Origin: Octopus sinensis
Lineage: Eukaryota
NCBI RefSeq assembly: GCF_006345805.1
Contig: NW_021834795.1
Location: 1 to 45,618, forward strand
Direction of reading: 5' to 3'
Length of the DNA stretch: 45,618 nt
The notes under the pieces were generated by a model that worked only from the letters and a program-made list of their open reading frames with translations, was not told the DNA's origin and searched no databases. A program made the translations under genes and the position numbers. Below, piece after piece: positions 24,609 to 38,152 of this stretch (positions within the stretch are counted from its first letter, which is position 1; every line of letters starts with the position of its first letter).

Positions 24609-26077
24609 GCTATGAAAAAATATAATATATATATATATTATATTAATTATATATATTATTTGTTTCTTATGTATTGGTTTATGTCTATCACTGTTTGAGT
24701 TGCATAATAGTTGTTTTATCTTTAATTCATATTTTATAATTTGTTATATATAATTTTGGTAATATTTGAAGATGGTTTCCCATAGAAAACTCTTAATCTT
24801 GCCAAATGAATAAAATCAACTTCGTTGAAGAGATGTGATAAGGCCGAAATATGTCCGTTGTTTCCTCTATTTGCCTTCGCAAGACCATACTCACTCCAAT
24901 CTGAATCGTTCATATTATCCTAAAATTTCAATTCACTTATTGACATACATAAATTCATACACACATACACACACATACATGTTGATTTTTTTATTATCCA
25001 CAAAGGGCCAACAAAGAGGGGACAATACAATCTGATTTTGGGGTCAGATGAAAGAATGATTATACAAAAAAGATGACATTAAAAATATTACAAAAATAAG
25101 GAAATATAATAAAATCGAATGGTAGGACAGACCGGAAGACATTACGGATGGGGGTGGGGGGTTGGGGCGGGTTTAATTCGAACCCCACGAGCCTTGCCTG
25201 CACACACACATACATGTATACATACATAAACACATATACACATAAATACATACACACACATACATACACACACATGTACATACATATGCATGTTTACATA
25301 TAGTATATGTGCGCGTGCGTGTGTATGTGTGTAAGTGCGTGCGTGCGTGCGTACGTGTGTGTGTGTGCATAGAAATGGCTTTTCTGATTATTTAGAAGCG
25401 AGAAACTCACAAGATCCACCATTTGTAAATACCTAACAATTTATAAAACCAGAAAAATTATCGGAAAAGCCATTTGCATTAAATTGATTTTAAATGTAAT
25501 AGTGTACCAAGGACTTTCTATCTCTAATCCTACAATATAATATAAGCTGTTGGATGCATGTAAACTGGAATGGTTACAAATTTCGCTTCTGCCTGTTTTG
25601 CTGTAGATGAACAGCTTAAGGCAATACTTAGCCGCAAATACCGTATAACGTTCTGTATTAATATGAAGAACTTAAATCCCATATGATGACAGGACGACAA
25701 AACCTCCGCGTTATTATTCAATCTGTTAGGAATAGCAGTCAAATCTCATTATAATCATATCTTACGATTTTGAAAAAAGAACGTGTCTTAAAATGCAGAA
25801 TGGTCATCGCAGGAATGTCTTTAATCGTAGATAAACTTGATTAGGGTTGATAGATTGAAGTCAGTGGAGTAGCAAAGTTCTCATCGCCCAGGGGTAAAAA
25901 AAGGGGGCTTCACTTCTTCAATGGTGTTTTGCTCATGTTAGTAGAGCTTCAGACAAAAATGCCGAGCTGTATTTTCTATGATTCTTTAGGTTCCGAGTTC
26001 AAATCCCGACGTGGTCAAATTTGCATTTCATCCCTTCTGAAAAGACTTGCGTTTAAACAACCACAACAACAACGGCA

Positions 26078-26107
<30 letters not shown>

Positions 26108-26112
<5 letters not shown>

Positions 26113-26340
26113 ATCGAAGGAGAGGGGCTTTCTCCGTCCGGGTTGCGGATCCGTGGAATAAGCTGCCGGACGAGATGGTGAAGATGCCAACTACCGCTCG
26201 GTTCAAAGTCTCCCTTGACCTCAAGTGGCCTGAACTCTTTGCATGAACACCACCCTGTACATAACTCCATGTCCCTCTACATCATGGCCTTGCTTTTTGC
26301 TTTTTGAGCCAAAACATTAACTAACTAACTAACTACTACT
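26108..26340 (+). mobile_element. CR1/L2-type LINE 3' end (ORF2 C-terminus, 3' UTR, (TAAC)n tail)
   Basis: LNRRRGAFSVRVADPWNKLPDEMVKMPTTARFKVSLD resembles the R..FS.RV...WN.LP..V......FK..LD C-terminus of CR1-clade ORF2. Ends in taactaactaactaac. Confidence 0.8.
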
Positions 26341-26629
26341 TGAAAATCAATAGCGACGCCTCCAAAAAATGGTTCCTTGTACTGCTAAAATCCCCAGCCA
26401 AATGACTCTCAAATCACAACCAATTAGTATTAACTCCGGGTAATAAACAGACAGGATGGTCACAGTTGGAATAGGTTTGATCCCAAATCTACTGGATCGC
26501 GGTTTACTTAGTGCTAAGCAACAACGACAGCAACAACACCATCAGCTTTCGAGATATTCCTTCAGAATAAATAACATTTACAATAGACTTACTTCTGTAG
26601 TCTCCTCTATTGTTCTTGTTTAGTTGTAC

Positions 26630-26945
26630 TGGTGGTTATAGTAGTGGTAGTGATGGTGGTGGCGGTGGTAGGGATGATGATGGTGGTGGTGGTGGTGGTG
26701 GTGGTGGTGATGGTGGTGGTGGCGGTGGCGGTGGTAGGGATGATGATGGTGGTGGTGGTGGTGGTGGTGATGGTGGTGGTGGCGGTGGCGGTGGTAGGGA
26801 TGATGATGGTGGTGGTGTGGTGGTGGTGGTGGTGGTGGTGGTGATGGTGGTGGTGGCGGTGGCGGTGGTAGGGATGATGATGGTGGTGGTGGTGGTGGTG
26901 GTGGTGGTGGTAGGGATGATGATGGTGGTGGTGGTGATGGTGATG
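26630..26945. repeat. (GGT)n tract with a repeated higher-order unit (ggcggtggcggtggtagggatgatga)
   Basis: Directly visible. Confidence 0.95.
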
Positions 26946-27103
26946 TGTTCGGCAATTTTCTTATTAACATCGTTATTCTTGTTGAAACAAACTTGTTTTT
27001 TTTTCCTCGCTTCTGCAAAACTACTCGAAATTGGAACAGCATTATTCTGTTCCAATTATAGACACGATAATTTCATTCACACACACAACGACTACGAACA
27101 GAT

Positions 27104-27191
<88 letters not shown>

Positions 27192-27319
27192 ATGTGTGTA
27201 TGTGTATGTAGTATACATATATATGTTTAATATATATATTAATATATATGTGTGCGTACGTGTTTGTATGTATATATACATATACATTCATACACACACA
27301 CACACATACACACACGCAC

Positions 27320-27384
<65 letters not shown>

Positions 27385-27962
27385 ATTGCGTGTGCGTGTG
27401 TGTGTGTGTGTGTGTTACAGTTCGCTCATACCTGAAATAGATCACGTATAATTGGCACCAATTTGTCATTACCTAAACAAAACCAACTCCAAAAGTCTCA
27501 TATATCTAAGAGTTTGTCATGTCTGCGAGTGAGAATCTTTCGTAAGAATGTCTTTTATAAAAGTGCGTTGCTGTTGTTGTTGGTACCGCAACTATCGCCG
27601 TTGTTGTTGTTGTCTGTAAGACATTTCTAGACACTGAATGAAGTCCTCTTTTCTTTGAGCAATTATTCCAATATTTGCTTCCATATAGAAATACCATTAT
27701 CTCGTCCATTATAATTTATTGATAAATCGATGATAATTCATCATTTATATAGAGCCAAACTTTTATCCATATATTCTTTGATTCTTTTTCTGGTTTTCAT
27801 CACTGAACAGTGGCCATGCTACGTCACCAGTTTGGACATTTCTCTTACCCTTGTCGTCTAGAGTGAGAATCTATTTCGGTTTGATATTTATTTTGCCGAT
27901 TTCTATCTTTCAAACTGCTTGGTAACAGCATAAACATCCAAATGCATACGCATGTATAGCTA

Positions 27963-28342
27963 CTCTTTTACTTGTTTCAGTCATTTGACTGCGCCTTTAA
28001 TCGAGCAACTCGACCCCGGGACTTATTCTTTTTGTAAGCCCAGTACTTATTCTATCGGTCTCTTTTTGCCGAACCGTTAAGTAACGTGGACATAAACACA
28101 CCAGCATCGGTTGTCAAGCAATGCTAGGGGGACAAACACACACACGCATATGTATATATATATATTATACATATATACGACGGGCTTCTTTCAGTTTCTG
28201 TCTACCAAATCCACTCACAAGGCTTTGGTCGGCCCGTGGCTATAGCAGAAGACACTTGCCTAAGGTGCCACGCAGTGGGACTGAACCTAGAACCATGTGG
28301 TTGGTTAGCAAGCTACTTACCACACAGCCACTCCTGCGCCTA
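27963..28342 (-). mobile_element. SINE family C
   Basis: Reverse-complement match to 21589-21980. Confidence 0.88.
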
Positions 28343-28465
28343 TGTTTATGCACAATTAATATATACACTTCTGTATTTATATATTTCGTGTCACGCAGGG
28401 GGAGATAACTTCAATAAGACTGGAGTTAACGTCTTTAGTGTTACAAACGCATATATATTTCTTTA

Positions 28466-28645
28466 TTACCCACAAGGGGCTAAACACAGAGGGGACAAAC
28501 AAGGACAGACAAACGGATTAAGTCGATTAAATCGACCCCAGTGCGTAACTGGTACTTAATTTATCGACCCCGAAAGGATGAAAGGCAAAGTCGACCTCAG
28601 CGGAATTTGAACTCAGAACGTAACGGCACGACGAAATACGGCTAG
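28466..28645 (-). mobile_element. SINE family B (tail type 1), 5'-truncated
   Basis: Near-identical to 2608-2790. Confidence 0.9.
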
Positions 28646-29009
28646 ACATACATGCGCGCAAACAAATCAGTACACACATGCGCGCTCATACGTGGTGCTC
28701 TTTTAAGATAGATTTGCTCATTCTGGGCTGTTCTGAAGCAATACAACACCACCAACAACATTAGTAAGAAGAACAATAACAGCAATGACAGCAACAACAA
28801 GATTCTTTTATGCGTCGTATATTCGGTGACTCATTACGGAAAGTAGGTGAGAAACCAGCTTGAAATGACGACATAATGCCTTAAATGGGGAAAGGTGTGC
28901 TTGTAGAGAAACGGTGCCGTCTTCAGGTGAAGGTCTTTCGTCATAGGACTGTACAAGCAGAACCGACCTGGGGTTAAACACGAACAAAAAGACGACAAAG
29001 AAGAGGAAA

Positions 29010-29400
29010 CAGTAGTGGTAGTAGTAGTAGTATAGTAGTAGTAGTAGCAGCAGTAGTAGTGATGGTGGTGGTGGTGGTAGCGGTGGTAGCATAAGTCATA
29101 GTAGTAGTAGTAGTAGTAGTGGTGGAACTAGTACCAGTACTAGAAGAAGAGGAAGAAGAAGAGAAAGAAGAAGAACAACAACAACGAAAAGAAGAAGAAG
29201 AACGAGGAGAAGAAGAAGGAGAAGAAGAAGAAGATCGAGGAGAAGAAGAAGAAGAAGAACAACAACAACAACAACAACAACGAAAAGAAGAAGAAGAAGA
29301 AGAAGAAGAAGAAGAAGAAGAAGAAGAAGAAGAAGAAGAAGAAGAAGAAGAAGAAGAGAAGAACGAGGAGAAGAAGAAGAAGAAGAAGTGGTAGAAAAAG
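29010..29400. repeat. (GTA)n/(GAA)n/(CAA)n compound tract
   Basis: Directly visible. Confidence 0.95.
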
Positions 29401-29878
29401 ATAGAGGAAGAACATCAACAACAAGGACATCAACAACAATGACGATGACAACGTGAAGAACAACGATGGAGTCTATTTAAAACCTGAAGCCGTAGAAGCC
29501 ACTAAACGCTCGTTCTCATGAAGAACAACGTTCCGAAAATATTTGGCGTTATTGTTTAAAATGAAAATATTTTGAGATTCAATTTGTTTTGCTATTTCTT
29601 TACTAAAGTCTGAACTTCACTAAAAACAGTTTTTTTCTTTTCTCGTCTGGAAGCCAAAGTTGTTTTTTTCTTCTCTTTCATATGATTGTATATTATCAAC
29701 AGATTGTGTGTTTTTTTTGGTCTCTTTTAGCTTGGAATCAGATCGAATTGAACAGCACAACGATCAGAAGTATTGGCATCTCAAATACCGTTTTCAAAAA
29801 CAATACATACATACAACCAGACATGTTCATTCATACATGCATACATGCATACATTCATATATTACACACACACACACG

Positions 29879-29920
<42 letters not shown>

Positions 29921-29964
29921 ACACACAGATATATTAATAGTAACAGTATGACAACAAAACAATG

Positions 29965-30180
<216 letters not shown>

Positions 30181-30605
30181 AACATAAAACATATATCAGA
30201 AAGAAACACATTCAAAGAATAGAGCAGTAATTATTAAAAACTATATCTTGGACATATTCACCCAAGGTTTCGCATCTACAAAGCAAAGCTTTGTGGACGC
30301 GAAACCTTGGGTGACTCTATGTCCAAGATATAAAATTTATATATATATATATATATACATACACATATATATACATATATATTTACATACATACATTCAC
30401 ACAACATATACATCTCTGTCTCAATGAGCAAAGATATTCTTATCTGGCTTATTTTCTCAAGAGCAATACGTGTGTATGTGTGCATACATATGCTTGTATG
30501 CATGTATGTATAAAGAAAATCAAAGACAACGACACAATAAAAGTGCAGCGGATGTTTGGAAGAGGAGAAAGTTAGTCAAAAAGTTAGTCATTGTTTTGAG
30601 ATGAA

Positions 30606-30642
30606 TGTATAACGTTTCGGACATAGTTCTTCGTCGGAGACT
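30606..30642 (-). ncRNA. Decayed minimal hammerhead motif with CCGACGA core
   Basis: Minus strand: agtct CCGACGA a gaac tat gtcc GAAAC GTT ataca. Stems are partly mismatched. Confidence 0.45.
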
Positions 30643-30950
30643 AGAGGAAATTTCGAAGAAAGACGAGGAGGAGAGGAAAGGAGATACTAATGAAATAAGA
30701 AGTGAGGAAGGTTTTGCTGTTAGTTTTAGCAGTCCAAGCTACGTGTTGGAGACAGTCTAATTCGATTATTAGCTAAATGACTAATGTCACTTAGAGCTGA
30801 GGTGTTTAGGTCCAGCGAATATAGATTATATTTACAAGAAATAACGGCAGAGAGTTTCTGCTTCTGGCAGCAAATTCTCGAGTGAGGAACTGTAGAGGAT
30901 GCAATTTGAGACGCATTATTCTAATACGTTTGTTCAGAAATCAGCACACG

Positions 30951-30981
<31 letters not shown>

Positions 30982-31565
30982 AACAATAAAAACATGAAAC
31001 ATTGTTATCAAAATTATAACATTAAATGCTTTATGGTCTTAATGAAATATTGCGCCGAGAGAAGTAGAAAAACTGTGATAATAGACGTATAAGGAATTAC
31101 GAATTGTTCTTCATAAAAATTTTGGAAATAACTCTAAATATTATGAATAATAAAAACATATCGTTAACTGAGCCGTAACTATGGAAACAGCTATAACTTG
31201 ACACCTACATAAAATAGAGCGGCTCCTACAAGAATTTTCAGGACATGTATAGTAATAGAGTGAGAAGCTTTATGCAACACAAACACAGACAGGACATCAC
31301 CATAAAATTCAGAACAAAATCTTCAGATTTTCTCTTTATTATCATCTTCATCATTCTTCTTCTTTTTCTTCTTCTTCTTATTATTGTCGTCGCTTTTGTC
31401 TATTGTGAGCGCACACATTTTTATAGAGTTCCTCCAGGATTATGTTAGAAAAACCGCCAAAGACTTCGAAATATTTGAACGTATATTCCAGTTCTAAATT
31501 TCATTCTTAGAATTTTTTTGTACATAAATATTTTGTGAAACCATTAACTTACATTCGTGTCTTAA

Positions 31566-33905
31566 CCCTCTGTCTACCAACGGGTCGAATCGACCGATTT
31601 CAGTTGCTTTTTCCTACTGTTTTATGTTATTTGGTTTTTCTGATTTCTCATGACTTTTATTTTTTCTTGACTCTCTTTTATTTGTCAAATAAAGGCATAA
31701 AGCTAGAAAATTTCAATTTATATAATTATTACCGTATGGGTCCTTTGGACCCTCGAATTAAATCCAGGCAATAATCATGTCATTCTAAACAGAATAAAAT
31801 ATCATGTTCCTAGATATTTATCAGATATAAATAAAATAGATAAAATTGTATTCAATTTATTTGCTGAATTTTAGATAAAATAGGAAAAATTATGAAATTA
31901 GTCCTGTAAATTTGTGTGGTATTGCATCACCTTCAATCTGCTAGGTTATAGGGTGATGCAATATTTCTATGTGATGATACAATATGTTGCATTATCTTTC
32001 AAGAGAGTATAAATATGTGCGGGAGCAATATTTGCCTTTAGTCTGCTATCAAGTTTCATGTAGTTCAGTTGAGCTTTCCAATATGCCTTGACGTGAAAAC
32101 TTGAGTTAAGACCAAATATCGAATAGGTTATTGGAATTAGATGAAGAATAGAAAGAAAATAGTAGTGATTCCTTCTATTGCTCTGAAGATGATGGTGAAA
32201 GTGATTGTGTGCTGGACAGCTTAGGTTATGTGTCTCAGATGATGAAGATACTCAAAAACAATTATCTGCAAACCACCCAGTTATGAATGAGCAATATATT
32301 TCTAGAGACAGACAAGAAGTTTGGCATTCTCATCCTCTTACTCAAGCAGCAGTTAGAACTTCATCTTGCAATATTGTGCGCCAAGAATGTGGACCTTCCT
32401 GTTTTGCTAAAAAGTAATTCGTAAATGGACAACTGTTGAAGGTCAGGTTGTTTACAAATATAAATGGACGGAAATTGATCACTCTGAGCTAAAGAAATTT
32501 ATTGGACTGATTATTCTGGTGTTTATAAATCTAAACACGAAAATGTCACACAGTTATGGAGTCAAGAAGATGGCCGCCCAATATTCAACAAAATTATGAT
32601 CCGGAGAAGGTTTCAACTGATTTTACAAGTATTGCGTTTTGATGATGCTAGTGCAAGACGATAAAAGAGAAGTGATGATAAATTGGAGCCGATAAGAGAA
32701 GTATATGAAATGCGGAATCTGAATTTTCAAGATGGATGTGTTCCAAGTTCATGCATGACAGTTGATGAACAGTTAGTTTCATTCAGAGGGTGCTGCCCAT
32801 TCCAGGGAAATATGGAACTAAAATTTGAACAATATGCGACAGTGAAACATTTTATGCCTGCAAAATGCAAATCTACAATGGAAATGTCCCAGTAAAAGGG
32901 GCAGAGACAAATCAAGGTTCAAGAGTTGTTGAAGACCCAGTAAAAGAACTTGAAAATACTGGTCACACTTGTGATAATTTTTGTTACAAGTCTTGGATTG
33001 GCTCAAAAGCTGCTTACCAAGAAAGCTACTTTGGTTAGAACAATTAGAAAGAACAGAGTTGAACTTTCAAGTGCTTTCACAAATAGAAAAGAAAGCACAA
33101 TATTTGGATTTCAAAAGGATTCTTTGATCCTATATTATTGTCCCAAGAAAAATTACATAGTCAGACTTATGAATACAATGCATTCTCGGCCTTCAATTGA
33201 TTCCAAAAGTGCTGAAAAGAAACTTGAAGTCATTTCATTGTTACAACAAGACAAAAGGAGGAGTAGATACTCTAGATAAGATGGTAAGGACATACACTTG
33301 CAAAAGAATGACTCGAAGAATGCCTATGGTTATATTCTACAACATGAGTGATATGAGAGCAGTGAATGCTTTCATTGTTGCTAAACAGCTTCACTTTCAA
33401 AGTTTCAAGGGTAAAAGAAGACAGTGCCTAATTCAGTTAGGGAAGGAACTTGCTGGAGTTAATGCTCAACAAGAACATGACAAACAATCTTCTAGTTCTG
33501 TTTCTCAACCAAACAAGAAAAGAAGACGATCTTCAACCTCATTTGAGATTCCTCGGCCAAAGAAAAAGAGAAGATGTTCTTTGTGTGACCCCCAAAAAGA
33601 CAGGAAAACTCGTACTACATGTAAGAATTGTAATATCCATGTTTGTCAAGAACATTCCAATGTTGTCTGCATTTACTGCCATGAAGAGCTGAGATTCTGT
33701 ATTTATGTAATTTTAAAAATTTATAAAATGTTCTTCAAGCTGTATTTTTATATTAAAATTAGTAATTCTTCATTCACCTGATAACATATATAATGTAGCT
33801 AAGAAATGGTGATAGTTTGAATACAATTTAATTGAAAGAAAAATATTGGGTCCATTGGACCCAGTTGGTAATTAATGACATACATTTTCTCCGGTAGACC
33901 AAGGG
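31566..33905 (+). mobile_element. Full-length piggyBac-superfamily DNA transposon (about 2.34 kb), non-functional
   Basis: TTAA at 31562-31565 and 33906-33909. Terminal inverted repeats CCCTCTGTCTACC (31566-31578) and GGTAGACCAAGGG (33893-33905) match at 11/13. Subterminal palindromes GGGTCC-N3-GGACCC at 31738-31752 and 33848-33862. Transposase remnants lie inside. Confidence 0.95.
32082..33692 (+). pseudogene. Frameshifted piggyBac transposase (PGBD4-like) with C-terminal cysteine-rich domain
   Basis: Motifs occur in different frames: TVDEQLVSFRG.CPF (D at 32764), TCDNF.TS (D at 32973), YNKTKGGVDTLDKMV (D at 33266) and the Cys-rich tail CSLC...CKNC...VCQEH...CIYC. Multiple stops, frameshifts and a small deletion after CPF. 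Start boundary approximate. Confidence 0.92.
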
Positions 33906-34500
33906 TTAAAATAGTAGCATCTAGGCAAGAAGTGGGGAAAGTGACTCACAAACTTAATAGTGACGACTATATCGTTAATAATTTTCAAGAAACAAAAGAG
34001 ACTCGATTAAACACAAGTTAAATACAAATCAGTTCACAAACGCCAATTAAAACACCACCACACACAAAACACCAGCTAAAGGGGATTTTCAGAAACCGTC
34101 AGTCACAACGTAATAAAAAAAGAAACTTGGAAGTCGTATGTTACAAAAGTGAGTTTGTCTTAACTTCGGCAGTGGGAAGAAAAAGGGACATAATTTGTTC
34201 AATAAAAAAAAAACCGGAGACCCTATCGTAGTCTTCGAAAGAAGGGCTGGATGAAGTTTTGGTTGGTGTGTGACAGGGTACGTATACCACCGAACGTTAC
34301 AGAGAACGAAGGGAAGAAACAGACAGTGACAGGGCGTCATAAAACAAGAAGCACAGCTAGAGATATTTCTACTGACATTAATTTTGGTTTCTCGTCACTT
34401 TTGTAGCACAAAGCAGGAAGGTTGTGAGTGCGGCACGGATAAATAAGAATATGTCAGATGACGATGCTCAGAGTATTGACAAAGCACTCACCAGCAATTT

Positions 34501-34869
34501 GGATGGAAGCACTCCGTCGGTTACGACGACGAGGGTTCCGGTTGATCCGATCGTGAAATTAACGTGTAAGTGGCTGAGCACTCCACAGACACGTGTACCC
34601 TTAACGCAGTTCTCGGGGATATTCAGCGTGACACAGAGAGTGACAAGGCCGGCCCTTTGAAATACAGGTACAACAGAAACAGGAAGTAAGAGTGAGAGAA
34701 AGTTGTGGTGAAAGAGTACAGCAGGGATCACCACCATCCCCTGCCGGAGCCTCGTGGAGCTTTAGGTGTTTTCGCTCAATAAACACTCACAACGCCCGGT
34801 CTGGGAATCGAAACCGCGATCCTACGACTGCGAGTCTGCTGCCCTAACCACTGGGCCATTGCGCCTCCA
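34501..34869 (-). mobile_element. SINE with family A head and a different tail (tail 2), 12-bp TSD
   Basis: TSD CACCAGCAATTT at 34489-34500 and 34870-34881. The tail resembles 17500-17640 and 8110-8270. Confidence 0.88.
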
Positions 34870-35092
34870 CACCAGCAATTTACAACGTGAAAGAAACTTA
34901 GCCTGAACACGGTGAAATTTCCTTACGTCACCCTCGACACCCTAATATAAAATGCGGAGGAAGTAAGTCAATTTTGATAATTATAATAATTAAATTTTGT
35001 ATTAATTATCTTGTGGTTTTTTTTGTGATCTTTTATTCTCATAAAATTATTATATGCTTTATAGCAATTTTCAACTTACTCTATCTTCTTGG

Positions 35093-35134
<42 letters not shown>

Positions 35135-35141
<7 letters not shown>

Positions 35142-35258
35142 ATATTAGGGAGTAAATCCAAACTTACAGGAAAAATTAGATTTAGGATTAAATTTAATTT
35201 TACAGTATAAATATAAATTAAATTATAGATAAAACCACCATTAGGCAAGTCAAACACT
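35135..35258. repeat. Interspersed AT-rich repeat, with an inverted copy at about 20068-20192
   Basis: aatattaggga.taaatccaaactt.cagg.aaaa.t.agatttaggatt is shared in opposite orientation. Both copies abut (TA)n/(ATT)n. Confidence 0.75.
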
Positions 35259-35342
35259 GTTTGATTTGCCTAACGGTGGTTTTATCTCTAATTTAATTTA
35301 GCTCCTGCACGCATTTTTCTCTCCTTGTTTCTTTTCTGTGTA

Positions 35343-35380
35343 TCTTTCTGTTGAAGAGCGTAGGCTCGAAACGTAAAAGA
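35343..35380 (+). ncRNA. Minimal hammerhead motif (A6U in this copy)
   Basis: TCTTT CTGTTGA a GAGC gtag GCTC GAAAC GTA AAAGA. Stems I and II are perfect. Confidence 0.65.
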
Positions 35381-35479
35381 CTTGTTTTATTTCTATTCCT
35401 GAGCGCCATACTAATACAATTGTTTGTTTGTACTCCACCTGCCTTCGTCTTTTGTTTATTTTCGTACACCTTCCCGTCA

Positions 35480-35798
35480 TATATATATGTATATATGTAT
35501 ATATATATATGTATATATATATGTATATATATATATACGTATATATATATATACATATATATATACACACATATATATACATATATGCGTATATATGTAT
35601 GTATATATACGTATATACATATATATATACACACATATATATATATACATATATGCATATATATATGTATGTGTGTATATATATATATATATCTATATAC
35701 ACACATACATATATATATATATATGCATTATATGTATATATATATATATGTGTATATATATATGTATATACGTATATATATATATGTATATACGATAT

Positions 35799-35829
<31 letters not shown>

Positions 35830-36367
35830 TATATATAATATATATATATATATATATATTTCAATATGTGACCTCGTGAGTACCGCTGGCGATTTTTTTC
35901 CTCTGTCTTCCCTTCTCAGGATCTCTCCTTCTCCTATGTTCCGACGAAGAGCTCCGCTCGAAACGTTAAACCTCTTCTTCCCTTCTTTCCTGAGTGTCCA
36001 ATAATACTTTATTTGTTCCACGTCCTCGCGTTGTTGTGTTTTTTTTTGTTTTGTGTTTTTTGTTTGGATTAACTATATAATATATACATATATATATATA
36101 ATATATATATGTATATATATATAATACTATATATATATATATATATATGTCTATATATATATATGTATATATATATATATGTTATATATATATATGTATA
36201 TATATATATATGTATATATATATATGTATATATATATATGTATATATATATATATGTATATATATATATGTGTATATATATTATATATATATATTATATA
36301 TGTGTGTGTGTGTGTGTGTGCGTGTGTATATATATATATATATGTATATTATATATATATGTATATA

Positions 36368-36400
<33 letters not shown>

Positions 36401-36505
36401 TATGTATATATATATATATATGTATATAATATATATATATATATTATATATATATATATATATGTGTGTGTATGTGTGTGCGTGTGTGTATATATATATA
36501 TATGT
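35480..36505. repeat. Two long degenerate (TA)n tracts flanking an HHR-bearing repeat (35865-36075)
   Basis: Directly visible. Confidence 0.9.
35938..35971 (+). ncRNA. Minimal hammerhead motif with CCGACGA core
   Basis: gtt CCGACGA a GAGC tcc GCTC GAAAC GTT AAAC. Confidence 0.6.
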
Positions 36506-37077
36506 ATATGGAGTCTGCATGCATAGCGGGTTTACTACCTGCACCCTTCTGAACCATGCTATCCATTTTTTTCACCTATCATCGTATTTATCTATTTTTT
36601 CGCCTTCCTTCTTGACTATTCATGGGTCAAAGGGGCAAGCAACATCAACGATATAGCACATGTCGTGCACCTTGTCCACCACCACCACCACCCACACCAC
36701 CACCACTAGTTCCGGTCTGCTATGCTCAAGCACCTGATTTGTTTGGATTGGGAAATCCCAAAGGATTTTGCTCGCCTCTGACTCCACCACTTTCTGCGGT
36801 TTCTGCTCATACCACGTTTTGCCTCTCACTGCCTCCCACTTTCCACACAGTTTCCAATGCAGCACTTTCTCTACCTGGTCGTGTCGCCACAACATGTAAT
36901 GGTTTGGCGCAAGGCTAGAGTTGACCCTCCACTTCGTGGACAAAGCTTGGTCTTGCGCTGCCAGTGTAGAACTCTCGGTTCCTTTCATCAGACAATCCCA
37001 CTCATTCTTTGAAGCAATTGATTGTGTAGTTCCTTCTTGCGTAATTCGGATTGTGTTGTCCCTACTTGTGTAAATCG
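36505..37077 (-). mobile_element. R4/Dong-like (RLE-type) non-LTR retrotransposon fragment, degenerate
   Basis: Minus-strand translation AAQDQALST...RHDQV.KVLHWKLC.K...WY...P.KVVE...KILWDFPIQT...HSRPE...DK...[11 protein letters not shown]...[10 protein letters not shown]. The CCHC region appears deleted. 5' end abuts the (AAT)n tract at 37081. Confidence 0.88.
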
Positions 37078-37080
37078 CCT

Positions 37081-37790
<710 letters not shown>

Positions 37791-38119
37791 TCAGATAGAA
37801 GCACAACATTCCTAACTGACATACAATATATATTATTAACAAGGGTGATTAATTGAGTTTTCCTGAAGGAAACAGAGCCTCTATCTCGATCTAAATCTTT
37901 ATATTAATTCGGTAATCCTTATCTCACTTCTCTGCCGATTCTCTCAGAAATACTGGGCGTGGCTCCTTCTCTGATGTTTATTCTGTCGAGTCTTCTCCCT
38001 CTCTCTCTCTCTCCCTCCCTACCCATTCTACACCAAACGCAGACACGTAACGTACTTTTAGTCGACATTTATCTTTTCAAGTGGTCTTCTCCGGCTATAT
38101 AACACCTATATTTCTATTT

Positions 38120-38152
<33 letters not shown>

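Noticed and set aside
34424-34660. ORF MSAARINKNMSDDDAQ... as a conserved host exon
   Set aside because: Everything after 34500 is the antisense tail of a TSD-bounded SINE, so its coding appearance is not evidence of an old gene.
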